A stretch of 64,000 bases of DNA from Rubripirellula sp. (GCA_965216875.1 OZ244207.1:7936001-8000000); one strand, 5' to 3'. Shown: positions 1 through 9,893, numbered from the stretch's first letter. Notes: generated from the sequence alone by a model not told the origin. A program made the numbers and translations.

Positions 1-2936
1 GTCACATACAGGCGTGATTCCCAAGTCCCGCCAAATTGCACGTTTCCAAACAAGCTCGGGTTGGACCAGGCCCACGACGTTTCATCGTTCCATAAGAGGT
101 GTCCATCGCGTGCTCCACCGTCGTCGTCATCATTATGCTGGACGTCGATGCCAATGAACTGGCCCTCGTTGGGCGTGATGCCAAGGGTCGACCAAGGAAC
201 TTCAACCTCGAAAACGCCTGAGCCTCCCGATTCATTCATGACCCAAGAGACACCCGTCGTGTCGGTCACCGAACCGCTCGCTACTGTGAGCGCGCCATCG
301 GATACTTGAAAAACAACGTGGAAGTCATCGACTAGATCGTAGTCCGAGTTGCTGCTGAAGTCGGGGTTGATGTAAAGCTCGATCGAGTCGTCGTCCCATG
401 GATTGGTCGAGTCGTCGACGATCACGTCATCGGTGAATTCCACCAGGACATACAGGTGCGTGTCGGTCGCCATTGCACGCCATGACGATGTCAAGTCAGC
501 GCCGTTGTCGATCGTTCCATTCTGGTGAGTGATGGAATGTGTGGTAACGTTCGACCAGGCCGCATCGACCGTTCCGTCGACGGTCGGTCCTGAGGCCGCG
601 ATGTTGAGCTGAGCATCAGCGAAGATCGGCATCAAAGCCAAACTGTGAATTTCTTCGTCTGCCGTATCCAGATCCATTTCGTTGCCGGCAAGCAACATCG
701 TTGTGGAACCGATGCTGGTCGCGCCCGCTTGGGTCAGATCGAGTGCGACGATATCGTGTGGTTGGGTCGAAAGACCGCCAGGATCGTCAGCATCGGTAAA
801 GGTCCAGAGCAGCGAACCGTCTCGCAAGGTCGTGCCACCGATCGTCGGCGTGCCCGATACCAGGTGCAAGCCAACGGTGCGGTTGGTGGTGTTGACATTG
901 AGGTCACTCGAATCGATGAAGAGCGACGACGAGCCGACAGAGTTGCTGCCAGCGGTGGTGATTTGCCATCGCGAAACGTCTTCTCCGTCTTCGGCGACAA
1001 GCAGGTCGCCAGCATTCAGGGCCACGCCACCAACGGTGACTGCCGATTCGACAACCGTGATCGCTTGAGCGTCGCTGGTGACACCGATGTCGCTGCCGTC
1101 GATCAACAGAAAGAAGGTTCCGCTGCTCAGATCACCTGGCGTGGTGGGGCGAAAAACAAGGATGTCTTCGTCCGCGACGGCGATACCCGAAATGGTCTCG
1201 TCGGTTGCGGTCGAAAAGAGCACGTCACCTGCAAGTAGCGCCGTTCCGCCAACGGTGACATCGTTGCCAACGTAGTGGATCGCATTGATGTCGGCATCGC
1301 CATCACTCACGTGAGGGTTGAGGTCAAAGACACTTTCGACCGTGCCAAGGGAGGCACCTGGCTCATAGGTGGCTCCGCCAAGACGCAGGATTTCTGCAGC
1401 CTCCCAGTTCGCAAGGCCGTACGTGTTGCTGCCCGTGACGTCGCTGTTGGTGGTGAACAGTAACTCATGCGTCATTCGATCGGGCTGTAGGTACAGTTCA
1501 CGCACGTCGCCTTCGACCAAACCACGGTCGTAAACTCGGAGGTCATCGATCAGTCCATTGAATTCACCTTGGACGGTGCCAGAGTTGTAGGCGCCGATTG
1601 TTGCGGTCGTGAGTCCCTCGAGGTCATCCAGGAAGACGTTCGTCGTATCACTGCCCTCGCTATAGGTTCGTTCCGACGCTTCAAGTTCCTTGCCATTAAT
1701 GTATAGACGGCTTCCGGATGACGTCACGGTGACTGCGACATGGTGCCAGTTGCCATCGTTGATGGTGGCGTTTGATTCGACGCGTAGCGAATAGCTTTCA
1801 TCAATCGAAACGTCGAACTTGAGTTTGCCGCTGTCGAGATAGAACGACATGAAGTCGTCCGTTTCGCTGCCGTCGCCAATGTCGAAGATCGTGCTTACGT
1901 TCGAGCTTGTCGTGTTGATCCAAGCAGAGAACGTTCCTTCTGAAAGCGACGCAAAGGAACTGACGTGAGCCGAGGCGTCAACGCAATCGAGCGTTCCGTC
2001 AAGGCTCAAGTGTCCGTCGCCAATCTGGCTATGAATACTGTCTACGACCGTTGCATTGTCGGTAAGCACTCCGTCGTTGGATCCGGCGCTGTCGCTGGCG
2101 TCCGTTTCGAATTCCCAGTGCGCCGTCAGTCCCGTTTGTATGTCAAGCAGAGACATCCATTGGCTTCGTGCGATCGAGGTGAACGCGACTTCCGTTTCGA
2201 CCACACCGACGGTGTATTCCAGGTCCCAGTCACCGCCAAGGGATTCATGTCCGGTTTGGTCGTCGCTGGCGGCAACATCACACTCGCAAAGAACGCTCAA
2301 CGCATCGATCAGCTGGCGGCCATCGACCGAAGCGGCCAAATCACATCCATAAATCAGAAGGTCGGCATCGGTGTCAAGTGAGTCGGCCCAGCCTGCGATT
2401 TGTCCGGCATAGGCATGTGCCGATTCAATATCCAAATGCGTGCGACCGAGTTGGATTCCTTCGCCATCGCTGTGACTAAGGATGTGAACAGCATCGACTC
2501 CGGAGAGCGAAGCCAAGGTCGACGAAATCGTTTCGACTCCATCTTGTTCGAGAGAGATCGAGACGACGAGCCACTGGGTTTCGTCGTCACCATCGCCCCT
2601 CAGACCGTCGATCAGCGTCTGAGCATCATCAACATTTGAATCGACAAAGACGACTTCAAGGGGAAGTGCCGGGTCGAAAATCGGTTGTTGGTCAAGCGGG
2701 GTCGCCTCGAAGTCCTGGTCAGGTTCGGGCGGTTCAATGTACGGCAGCTCTAAAAATCGATCGGGATCGTGCTGCTGTGCGTCGATCTCTTGCAGCATTA
2801 AATCGACATCGGGCGCAGGCGGATCGATTGCCTCTGCCGGCCCCTCGCCATTCAAGAGGACACGGTCCTCGAGCAAGTAGAAGTTGATCGCGCGTCGCGC
2901 ATTACGGTTTTCAGGGGTGCGGTTTCGTCTGCCCAC
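1..2936 (-). CDS. Giant extracellular/adhesin-like protein, 3' end outside window (LEPR-XLL leader, DUF4347, LamG, beta-repeat region, CBM9-like); not in ORF track
   Basis: Hand translation from GTG at 2936 (alternative in-frame ATG at 2963): MGRRNRTPENRNARRAINFYLLEDRVLLNG. DUF4347 motifs EVVFVD, HILSHSDG, LLIYGCDLA and DVAASDDQTGHESLGGDWDLEY (~2660-2215). LamG motifs WHHVAVT and FNGLIDDLRVY (~2130-1490). CBM9-like FEVEVPWSTLG and IGIDVQHNDDDDGGARD (~590-30). All spot checks fall in one frame that is still open at base 1. Confidence 0.93.
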   Translation of the reverse strand, partial: MGRRNRTPENRNARRAINFYLLEDRVLLNGEGPAEAIDPPAPDVDLMLQEIDAQQHDPDRFLELPYIEPPEPDQDFEATPLDQQPIFDPALPLEVVFVDSNVDDAQTLIDGLRGDGDDETQWLVVSISLEQDGVETISSTLASLSGVDAVHILSHSDGEGIQLGRTHLDIESAHAYAGQIAGWADSLDTDADLLIYGCDLAASVDGRQLIDALSVLCECDVAASDDQTGHESLGGDWDLEYTVGVVETEVAFTSIARSQWMSLLDIQTGLTAHWEFETDASDSAGSNDGVLTDNATVVDSIHSQIGDGHLSLDGTLDCVDASAHVSSFASLSEGTFSAWINTTSSNVSTIFDIGDGSETDDFMSFYLDSGKLKFDVSIDESYSLRVESNATINDGNWHHVAVTVTSSGSRLYINGKELEASERTYSEGSDTTNVFLDDLEGLTTATIGAYNSGTVQGEFNGLIDDLRVYDRGLVEGDVRELYLQPDRMTHELLFTTNSDVTGSNTYGLANWEAAEILRLGGATYEPGASLGTVESVFDLNPHVSDGDADINAIHYVGNDVTVGGTALLAGDVLFSTATDETISGIAVADEDILVFRPTTPGDLSSGTFFLLIDGSDIGVTSDAQAITVVESAVTVGGVALNAGDLLVAEDGEDVSRWQITTAGSNSVGSSSLFIDSSDLNVNTTNRTVGLHLVSGTPTIGGTTLRDGSLLWTFTDADDPGGLSTQPHDIVALDLTQAGATSIGSTTMLLAGNEMDLDTADEEIHSLALMPIFADAQLNIAASGPTVDGTVDAAWSNVTTHSITHQNGTIDNGADLTSSWRAMATDTHLYVLVEFTDDVIVDDSTNPWDDDSIELYINPDFSSNSDYDLVDDFHVVFQVSDGALTVASGSVTDTTGVSWVMNESGGSGVFEVEVPWSTLGITPNEGQFIGIDVQHNDDDDGGARDGHLLWNDETSWAWSNPSLFGNVQFGGTWESRLYV

Positions 2937-3306
2937 GATCGACTTCCACTGCAAAAAAATCATCAAGTGTGCAGCTTCATACACACTGCACCAATCAAAA
3001 CTTAGGTCACTTTCGGACCACCGGTGGGGGATTTACTGGTTCAATCGGAATGTTGCGAAATTGGCGATGGTGCGGAACGACACAATCCGCTCATAGTCAA
3101 TCGCTCCCCCCATGCTAAGGACGCTGCGAATCTGTAGGGCTTGGGGTTCTTCTGCGGCCTTTGCCGAATGCTCATGCCGTATCAGTCTTGCGCACGCAAT
3201 TTCGGCACAGACCGTGCCACCGATACTGGGGATCGAACCGATGAGCGAATGGAGGGGCTGCGCGTAGCCACAGGTCTGCGCGTCCGCCATAGGGGTACGA
3301 AAACAT

Positions 3307-5148
3307 TTGTGGGCAGAAATGTTTAGCCGGCGAATGCGCAAAATGGTCTACACGGCGGTGATCGTTGCGGTTGCAACGATGCCAATGTGGTTCTGCGCGC
3401 ACTCGGTACATGCCCAAACACGATTGCCGGCTGTGGCTCGGCCCGTGAAACTGCCCGCCGTGAAACCCAGCGGCGCGGACAGCTCGGCGGCGACTCCTAC
3501 CTTCATTGCCAGCACCGATTCCACGAGGTTGGATTGGTGGAACGAGAAGGTGAGCGCAAGTTTGCTCGACCAGCCGCGCTGGGTCACCTTTGATCTGCAA
3601 ACCGTCTTGCTCGATACGCTTACCATGAGCCCCCGCATCAAGGGCGTCTCACAACGGACCAGCGTTGCACTCGAACAAATCGTCCAGCAGGACGCGGCAT
3701 TCGATCCGTCGATTCTGTTTGATGGAAAGATCGGACGAACGAATGATCCCGTTGGCAACTCACTCATTACGGGCGGACCTCCAAGGTTGATCGAAGAGTC
3801 CTTGACGTTGCGCGGGGGTATGCAGCGAACGACTCGTCGAGGCACCGAGATCAATCTCAACCAAGAGATCGGACTGCTCGACAGTAACAGCAACTTCTTC
3901 GAGCCGGCACGACAAGCCAACGCGCGACTGAGTTTGAGTTTGACGCAACCACTCCTGGGACGCGGTGGGCGGGTCTATAACGAGCGTCTTTTGACGCAAG
4001 CACGGATCGACAGTAAATCGAGTTGGCAAGAAATGCGTGGCGAGGTCGAAAACCGCATTGCGGAAGTGATCGATGCGTATTGGCGACTCTACGAGCTCCG
4101 CTGCCAATGGATGCAGCAACATGAACTGCTTAAACGCGGCAAGCGGATCGAGGACATCTTGCAGGGACGTGAGGAGTTCGACGCGTCACGCATCGAGCTT
4201 GCCAAAGCACGCGGTCGCGTTGCACGTCGCGTCGATCGCCAGTTGCTGATCGAAGCGGAAATCCAGAAACAACAATCAAGGCTGGCGTCGTTGGTCGGAA
4301 GCGAAGAGCTGGCGATGGCCGATGGGCAATTGGAAATGATCCCGTTGCAATCGCCCGTGATCCCAGCGATCGATATCGAACTTCGCGACGCGGTCGTGCG
4401 TGGGATCGAAAACCGCCCCGAAATCCGGGTCGCTACCGCGGATTTGGAATCGGCAGCGCTGGCAATCGAAGTCACACGGACTGAGCTGATGCCCGAATTG
4501 ACCGGCATCATCGACACTTACTTGATGGGGCTCAATGGTCGTTACAACGTTGGCGAGTCGCTCACCGATCAATTCACTCGCGGCGGTCCTGGCATCTCGG
4601 CCGGACTTCAGTACGAGTTGCCGCGCGGTAGGCGTGCGGCTCGCTCGCGCCACCGCGAGGCGCATCATCTGTACCAGCAACGCAGTGAAGAGCTGCGTGA
4701 AACGATCCAGCTTGCCCGCGCCGAGATCGAAACGGCTTTGATCAACGCCAACCTGGCCCTTGCCCAACAACAAACCAAACGTCGCCTGTTGACCACCGCG
4801 ATGGAAGAGGAAACCGTGCTGACACGTCGTTGGGAAATGATGGGTGGTGACGGGGCAGCCGTCGGTACGGTGCTCGAAAACCTACTCGACGCCCAGCAGC
4901 GTCGGACCGATGCAGAGCGTGAGTGGACAACCGCCCAGATTCGCTACCTGACGTCGCTTGTGGAATTGCAAAGGGCGATGGGGACACTCTTGATTCGCGA
5001 AGGCATTCAACCGATTCGCAGTCATTGCGACAACTCGATTGAGTTCATTCATTCGCAAGCCGGCGAAAAACCGCTTCATACGACTCCCGTTCCGGAAATT
5101 TCGAAAGAGCAATTTGACGCTCTGATCAACGACGAGGTGACTCGATGA
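3307..5148 (+). CDS. TolC-family outer membrane channel protein
   Basis: Signal peptide ending in HSVHA-Q; OEP-type segments SLSLTQPLLG...N, AYWRL, NRPEIR, LLDAQQRR and YLTSLVELQRAMGTL. True start may be a few codons downstream (ATG 3319 onward). Confidence 0.88.
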   Translation: MWAEMFSRRMRKMVYTAVIVAVATMPMWFCAHSVHAQTRLPAVARPVKLPAVKPSGADSSAATPTFIASTDSTRLDWWNEKVSASLLDQPRWVTFDLQTVLLDTLTMSPRIKGVSQRTSVALEQIVQQDAAFDPSILFDGKIGRTNDPVGNSLITGGPPRLIEESLTLRGGMQRTTRRGTEINLNQEIGLLDSNSNFFEPARQANARLSLSLTQPLLGRGGRVYNERLLTQARIDSKSSWQEMRGEVENRIAEVIDAYWRLYELRCQWMQQHELLKRGKRIEDILQGREEFDASRIELAKARGRVARRVDRQLLIEAEIQKQQSRLASLVGSEELAMADGQLEMIPLQSPVIPAIDIELRDAVVRGIENRPEIRVATADLESAALAIEVTRTELMPELTGIIDTYLMGLNGRYNVGESLTDQFTRGGPGISAGLQYELPRGRRAARSRHREAHHLYQQRSEELRETIQLARAEIETALINANLALAQQQTKRRLLTTAMEEETVLTRRWEMMGGDGAAVGTVLENLLDAQQRRTDAEREWTTAQIRYLTSLVELQRAMGTLLIREGIQPIRSHCDNSIEFIHSQAGEKPLHTTPVPEISKEQFDALINDEVTR

Positions 5149-6140
5149 GAACTGAGCCAACAGTAGGTGAATTCCGGTCCAAACACATTCGTGCTTTGGC
5201 GATCGCGTCTCGCACAGGAATCGATAAGCGTTACATGGTGGCTACCGCCGTGTTGTGGACGCTCATGGTGCTTGTCGCGACTTCAGCACAAGCTCAAACG
5301 CGCGAGCATTCCGGAAGTATGGCTTCGATGTTGTACGAAGGGTTCACCGAGCCACTGCACGATATCCAAGTCGCCGCGGCCGAGATTGGACGCCTTGAAA
5401 CGATCGATGTCAAAGTTGGCCAACGTGTGCAGTCCGGCCAAGTACTTGGGAAGCTCGAGGACTCGCTTCAGCAGGCGGCCGTCAAGATCGCCACATTGCA
5501 AAGTTCACTGGTGGGCGAGCTGGAAGCGGCCAAGGCAGAGGTCAAGCTAAACCAATCTCGCACCGACAAGCTTCGCAAACTTGCTCAGGACCGACTCGCT
5601 CGCCCAGATGAGCTGACACGAGCCGAAACCGAGTTGCAGATCTCGTTGGCGCGGCAACTTGCTGCCGAAGAGCAACTCAAGATGAGAGTCGCCGAACTTG
5701 AGCGTTACAAGTTGCAACTCGAACGCCGCAAGATTCGTAGCCCGATGACAGGTGTGATTTCGAAAATCTACCACCAACCCGGCGAGTACATCACTCCTGG
5801 AGACCCTGCCATCATCCGATTGTTGGTGATGGACCGGCTCTACGCGGTGTTTAACGTTCCAGTTGAAGATGTTGTTGGCGTCCAGCCGGGCACCGATGCT
5901 CGCATCTACTTGCGAAGTAGTGGGGTCACCATCGATGCAAAGGTTTCGACGGTGGCACCCGACATCGACGGCGAAAGTGGGACGGTGCAGATCCGAGTCG
6001 AGCTCGACAATGCCAAGGGTACGTTGCTGGCCGGTGACCGATGCACGCTACAGCTGATGCGCACGCATCCGATGTCGCAACGCAGTGCGTTCAACGGTTT
6101 GACACCCCTCCCTCATGTGCAAGGAGCGGATCGGCGATGA
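5145..6140 (+). CDS. Membrane-fusion protein / periplasmic adaptor (HlyD/RND-MFP family)
   Basis: Lipoyl-like halves GRLETIDVKVGQRVQSGQVL and IRSPMTGVI flank a coiled coil; beta-barrel region ends in SGTVQIRVELDN..G.LLAG. ATGA overlap with the TolC stop. Confidence 0.9.
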   Translation: MRTEPTVGEFRSKHIRALAIASRTGIDKRYMVATAVLWTLMVLVATSAQAQTREHSGSMASMLYEGFTEPLHDIQVAAAEIGRLETIDVKVGQRVQSGQVLGKLEDSLQQAAVKIATLQSSLVGELEAAKAEVKLNQSRTDKLRKLAQDRLARPDELTRAETELQISLARQLAAEEQLKMRVAELERYKLQLERRKIRSPMTGVISKIYHQPGEYITPGDPAIIRLLVMDRLYAVFNVPVEDVVGVQPGTDARIYLRSSGVTIDAKVSTVAPDIDGESGTVQIRVELDNAKGTLLAGDRCTLQLMRTHPMSQRSAFNGLTPLPHVQGADRR

Positions 6141-7681
6141 TGAATCCCAAGCATCCAGCCGAGACTGCGATGCACGTCTCGTTGGTCGGAAGCCACGAGG
6201 CGTCGATGACCGATGCGCTCGACGATGCGTTGCAGAAGCTCGCTGCGATCACGCCGCCGCCTGGCGGACCAATCACTCAACACGATGTCGAGGAACAACC
6301 AACGCCGCGAGTCGATCGTGGGCCTTCGGCAAATCATGAGCAAGGCCAAACCAAGCGTTTGATCGCGCTCATTGACGAGATTTCGTCCTCGGCCAGCCGC
6401 GTTGATGCAATGGAAAGGGTCGTTGATTTTCTGTCGGGGCAATTCCCCAATGCCGCTGTGCGATGTGCCAGTGGAACTCATCGCCTTTCGCGACTGTACG
6501 ATGCACGTCTCGGTTGGCTCGGCGCGGAAAGTTCCGTTCGCGACGATGCCGAAAGCCGCTGGGAAACACTCTTCGGCGACCCCGTCAAGGAAATGGAGAG
6601 TGACGCGGGCGCCGATCTGGCCGTTGAATCGAGCATGGATTCCGAGCCGAATTCGGATGCAGAGACCCACTCGGGACCGGAGGCGAGCTGTGATGTTGAC
6701 AACCATCGCGTCGAGCTGAAATTGCCAAACAAAGATGGCGTAGGCAACTGTGTTATCTGGGTCGAGGGTGAAGGGGTCAATTCGATCACCGGGCATTGGC
6801 TTGCGACCTACCCGACGGCGATTGCGAACGTATTTTGGAGTCGACCCGCAAGGTCTTGGCCAAGTCTGCTGTCACGGGTTGGACAAAAGTACAGAATCGC
6901 GCTCGCATCGGTGGCCGTTGCAATTCTCGCGATCGCCGCTTGGCCGGTGCATTACCGAGTCGCTTGCAAAGTCAAGGTCGACACGCTCAAGCAGCGTTTG
7001 GTTGCAACGCCTTTCGAGGCGTCACTACTTGAATCAAACGTCAAGCCTGGTGATACGGTCAAACGGGGCGACGTGCTGGCGAGGTTCGACGGACGACCAC
7101 TGAGGATCGAGCGTGAATCGATTGAGTCCGAGATACAGCAGGCCGCAAAGGAACGCAACGCGGCGCTGGCCAGCGGCAGGATCGCGGATGCACAGCAAGC
7201 GAAACTGAAACGCCAACAGCTCGAGCGCCGCCACCAGCTGCTGACCGATCGGTTACAGCGGCTTGCCGTGGTCAGCCCGATCGACGGCGTGATTGTGAGT
7301 GGAGATTTGGAAAAACATATCGGCACGCCGCTCAAGCTAGGGCAAAAGCTGATGGAAGTGGCGCCGATGGACTACATGATGCTCGAGGTCGAGATACCTG
7401 AGCATGAGATTGGTTTTGTTTCTGCGGAAGCCGATACGCGCATCAAGATCGATGCGATCGGGGGACCCTCGATGCAAATGCAGCTTGACGAGTTGCTTCC
7501 GGCTGCCGAACTACGCGAAGAGCAAAACGTTTTTGTCGGCAGGATCAGGGTCGACAATCAACAATTGAGTCTACGCCCCGGTATGCGAGGTGACGCAACC
7601 GTCTACGGCCCATTGCGCCCGTGGATCTGGTCGTGGGCACGCACAGCAGTTGAACGCACGCTGTGGTGGGTTGGCTACTAG
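6137..7681 (+). CDS. HlyD-family adaptor with N-terminal cytoplasmic (degenerate GAF-like) domain
   Basis: AAGGAG at 6121 and ATG at 6137 overlapping the upstream stop. One TM helix (IALASVAVAILAIAAWP), then VKPGDTVKRGDVL, coiled coil, SPIDGVIVSGDL and LRPGMRG. Confidence 0.85.
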   Translation: MMNPKHPAETAMHVSLVGSHEASMTDALDDALQKLAAITPPPGGPITQHDVEEQPTPRVDRGPSANHEQGQTKRLIALIDEISSSASRVDAMERVVDFLSGQFPNAAVRCASGTHRLSRLYDARLGWLGAESSVRDDAESRWETLFGDPVKEMESDAGADLAVESSMDSEPNSDAETHSGPEASCDVDNHRVELKLPNKDGVGNCVIWVEGEGVNSITGHWLATYPTAIANVFWSRPARSWPSLLSRVGQKYRIALASVAVAILAIAAWPVHYRVACKVKVDTLKQRLVATPFEASLLESNVKPGDTVKRGDVLARFDGRPLRIERESIESEIQQAAKERNAALASGRIADAQQAKLKRQQLERRHQLLTDRLQRLAVVSPIDGVIVSGDLEKHIGTPLKLGQKLMEVAPMDYMMLEVEIPEHEIGFVSAEADTRIKIDAIGGPSMQMQLDELLPAAELREEQNVFVGRIRVDNQQLSLRPGMRGDATVYGPLRPWIWSWARTAVERTLWWVGY

Positions 7682-7694
7682 GGATTCTATTTCT

Positions 7695-9872
7695 GTGAAT
7701 CGAGAATCAAGCGAAACGAACGCACCTTCGACACCGCCACCGATGCGCGTGCGTCTCGATTCGACAGTGACCTTCTCGCAGCGAACTACCGGTGCGCAAA
7801 CGCTGTATGTTGCATATCACGCGGGGCTCGGCAAGTATTTTCAGTTTGGTGCCGAAGAGCATCACATTGCTTCCTTGCTCGATGGCAATCGCACGATTAC
7901 CGACGTCCTGCTTGCACTTCAAGAGGCGGGGATTCAATGGGATCCTCGAGATGTCGCCGAGTTCATCTCGAGGATGGTGGCAAGCAAACTCGCAACCACG
8001 GTCGAAAGTGAATCCACGGCGACGGGACTTGCTGAACCAACACCGACCAAGTCTTCAGGCGATGTGGCCTCAAAGGTTTGGAACGTTCACTTGCCAAAAC
8101 TGCTGGCGCACATTGTTTCTCAGCGGTTTCCGTTGATGAATGGCCAACGTGTCGCGATCGCACTGGAACGACGTTTTGGATCTCTTTTCGATCTGACTGG
8201 CATGGCTTGCTGGGTCATGCTCGTCTTCAGTGGGCTTTTGATTGTCTACGGAAACGCGAACGCGTTTGCCGCCGAATTGAGACGGATGTTTGATCCGAGT
8301 CTGTGGCTGGTGTTGATCGCGATGTGGATTGTTGCCAAAGCGATCCACGAAGCGGGGCATGCGATTGCGGCAAGACATCATGGCGTCAACGTTGGCAAGG
8401 TGGGCGTGATGTTGTTCTTTCTCGCCCCGTTGGCTTACGTCGACGTGACCGACGCATGGAAACTACGCAGTCGATGGCAACGCGTGCAGATCGCCCTGGG
8501 CGGCGTGTATCTCGAAATCGCGGTGGCCGCGATCGCTGCGTGGGTATGGTGGATGTTGCCCGCTGATGCTGCGCTTGCAAAACACCTGGCGGCTCAGTTT
8601 TTCTTGATCGCAGGGCCCGCAACCTTGTTGGTCAATGCGAACCCGTTGTTGCGTTTAGACGGATACTATGTCCTGTCGGACCTGACCGAGATTCCCAATC
8701 TTCGTATGCACGGTCGGCAACAGTTGACTGGCTTGATCCAATTCCTGCTACTTCGCATCCCTCGGCCGACACCGCTCCTGCAAGGATGGCGGCGACGTTT
8801 CGCCACGACGCATGCTCTTCTAAGCGTCGTTTTTCAGATCGTTTGGATGGGCGGTCTAATCGTTGCCGTTTCGATGTGGGCCAAAGGAGTTGGGCTGATC
8901 CTGGCCGGCTCGGCATTCGCTCTATGGTGTGTGATTCCGTTGACACGGACCACGTTGCGGCTGTGGTTGAAGGAACCAGGCGAAGGCTGGTTGAGACTTA
9001 ACGATACCCGACGACGACTGCTTGGACTTGCGAGTTTGATTCTGGTTCTGACTCAATACCTTTGCGCGGCTCGGTCGCCGCTCGATCGCCGTGTCCCCGT
9101 CATCGTTCGTTATCGGAACGAGCAGATCGCTCGGGCGACGGCGGATGCCTTCGTTCGCAACGTCTATGTCACCTCGGGGCAACGCATCAAACGTGGCATG
9201 TTGGTTGCCGAGCTCGAGGATGCGGAATTGGGGGTGCGTCGAAACCAGAAGTCCGACGAGCTTGTGATCGCCGAATTGAAGGCGATCCAACATCGACGAT
9301 TGGGGCAACACGCCCTCGCCGCGGCTCAAACCGAACATGCGGCGAGCCTAAAACGGCAACTTGCCGAACTCGATGCCCAACTGACCGGGCTACGCGTGAT
9401 CGCTCGGCGCGACGGGATCGTGATCGGTTCGCATATCGAGAATCTCGAAGGCGCGTTTGTTGCGGAGGGCCAGGAGCTGTTGCGAATTTGCGATCCGCAA
9501 GAAAAGGAACTGCTGGCGTCCGTTCCAGAGCAAGACATGCAGGCGTATCAAGAGATCGTCGAGAAGGATGTGACAACCGAAGTACGGCTGCGTGGTGGGA
9601 CGATTGTACGTACGGTTCCGGCGTCTCTGCGCCCGCGAGCACGCCGCCGTTTGCCTCACCCTGCCCTCGCCGCAACCGCGGGCGGTCCGCTCGCGGTCGA
9701 ACCGTCGCCCGACGATGATACTGAGCTGAGGACGGTCTTGCCGAGACTTGAGAGTGTGACGAAGCTTGACCCCGTCACGAGCGTCGAGATTCGGGCGGGT
9801 CAAATCGGAACGATGATGATTTCCGACAATCGTTCGCTGGTTTCAAGAATGTTCGACTCTTTGCGCCGTTGA
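7695..9872 (+). CDS. M50 (site-2) intramembrane metalloprotease fused to an N-terminal PqqD/RRE-like domain and a C-terminal HlyD-like adaptor
   Basis: HEAGH (8346-8360), YVDVTDAW and NANPLLRLDGYY (8634-8669) lie in a multi-TM core. C-terminal VTSGQRIKRG, coiled coil and ARRDGIV. Start uncertain (GTG 7695 or ATG 7743). Confidence 0.9.
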   Translation: MNRESSETNAPSTPPPMRVRLDSTVTFSQRTTGAQTLYVAYHAGLGKYFQFGAEEHHIASLLDGNRTITDVLLALQEAGIQWDPRDVAEFISRMVASKLATTVESESTATGLAEPTPTKSSGDVASKVWNVHLPKLLAHIVSQRFPLMNGQRVAIALERRFGSLFDLTGMACWVMLVFSGLLIVYGNANAFAAELRRMFDPSLWLVLIAMWIVAKAIHEAGHAIAARHHGVNVGKVGVMLFFLAPLAYVDVTDAWKLRSRWQRVQIALGGVYLEIAVAAIAAWVWWMLPADAALAKHLAAQFFLIAGPATLLVNANPLLRLDGYYVLSDLTEIPNLRMHGRQQLTGLIQFLLLRIPRPTPLLQGWRRRFATTHALLSVVFQIVWMGGLIVAVSMWAKGVGLILAGSAFALWCVIPLTRTTLRLWLKEPGEGWLRLNDTRRRLLGLASLILVLTQYLCAARSPLDRRVPVIVRYRNEQIARATADAFVRNVYVTSGQRIKRGMLVAELEDAELGVRRNQKSDELVIAELKAIQHRRLGQHALAAAQTEHAASLKRQLAELDAQLTGLRVIARRDGIVIGSHIENLEGAFVAEGQELLRICDPQEKELLASVPEQDMQAYQEIVEKDVTTEVRLRGGTIVRTVPASLRPRARRRLPHPALAATAGGPLAVEPSPDDDTELRTVLPRLESVTKLDPVTSVEIRAGQIGTMMISDNRSLVSRMFDSLRR

Positions 9873-9893
9873 TCCCGACCCCGCAGATCCCGA

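Noticed and set aside
61..2887. Numerous plus-strand and off-frame ORFs in the track
   Set aside because: They are shadows of the large minus-strand gene, which carries all the recognisable motifs.
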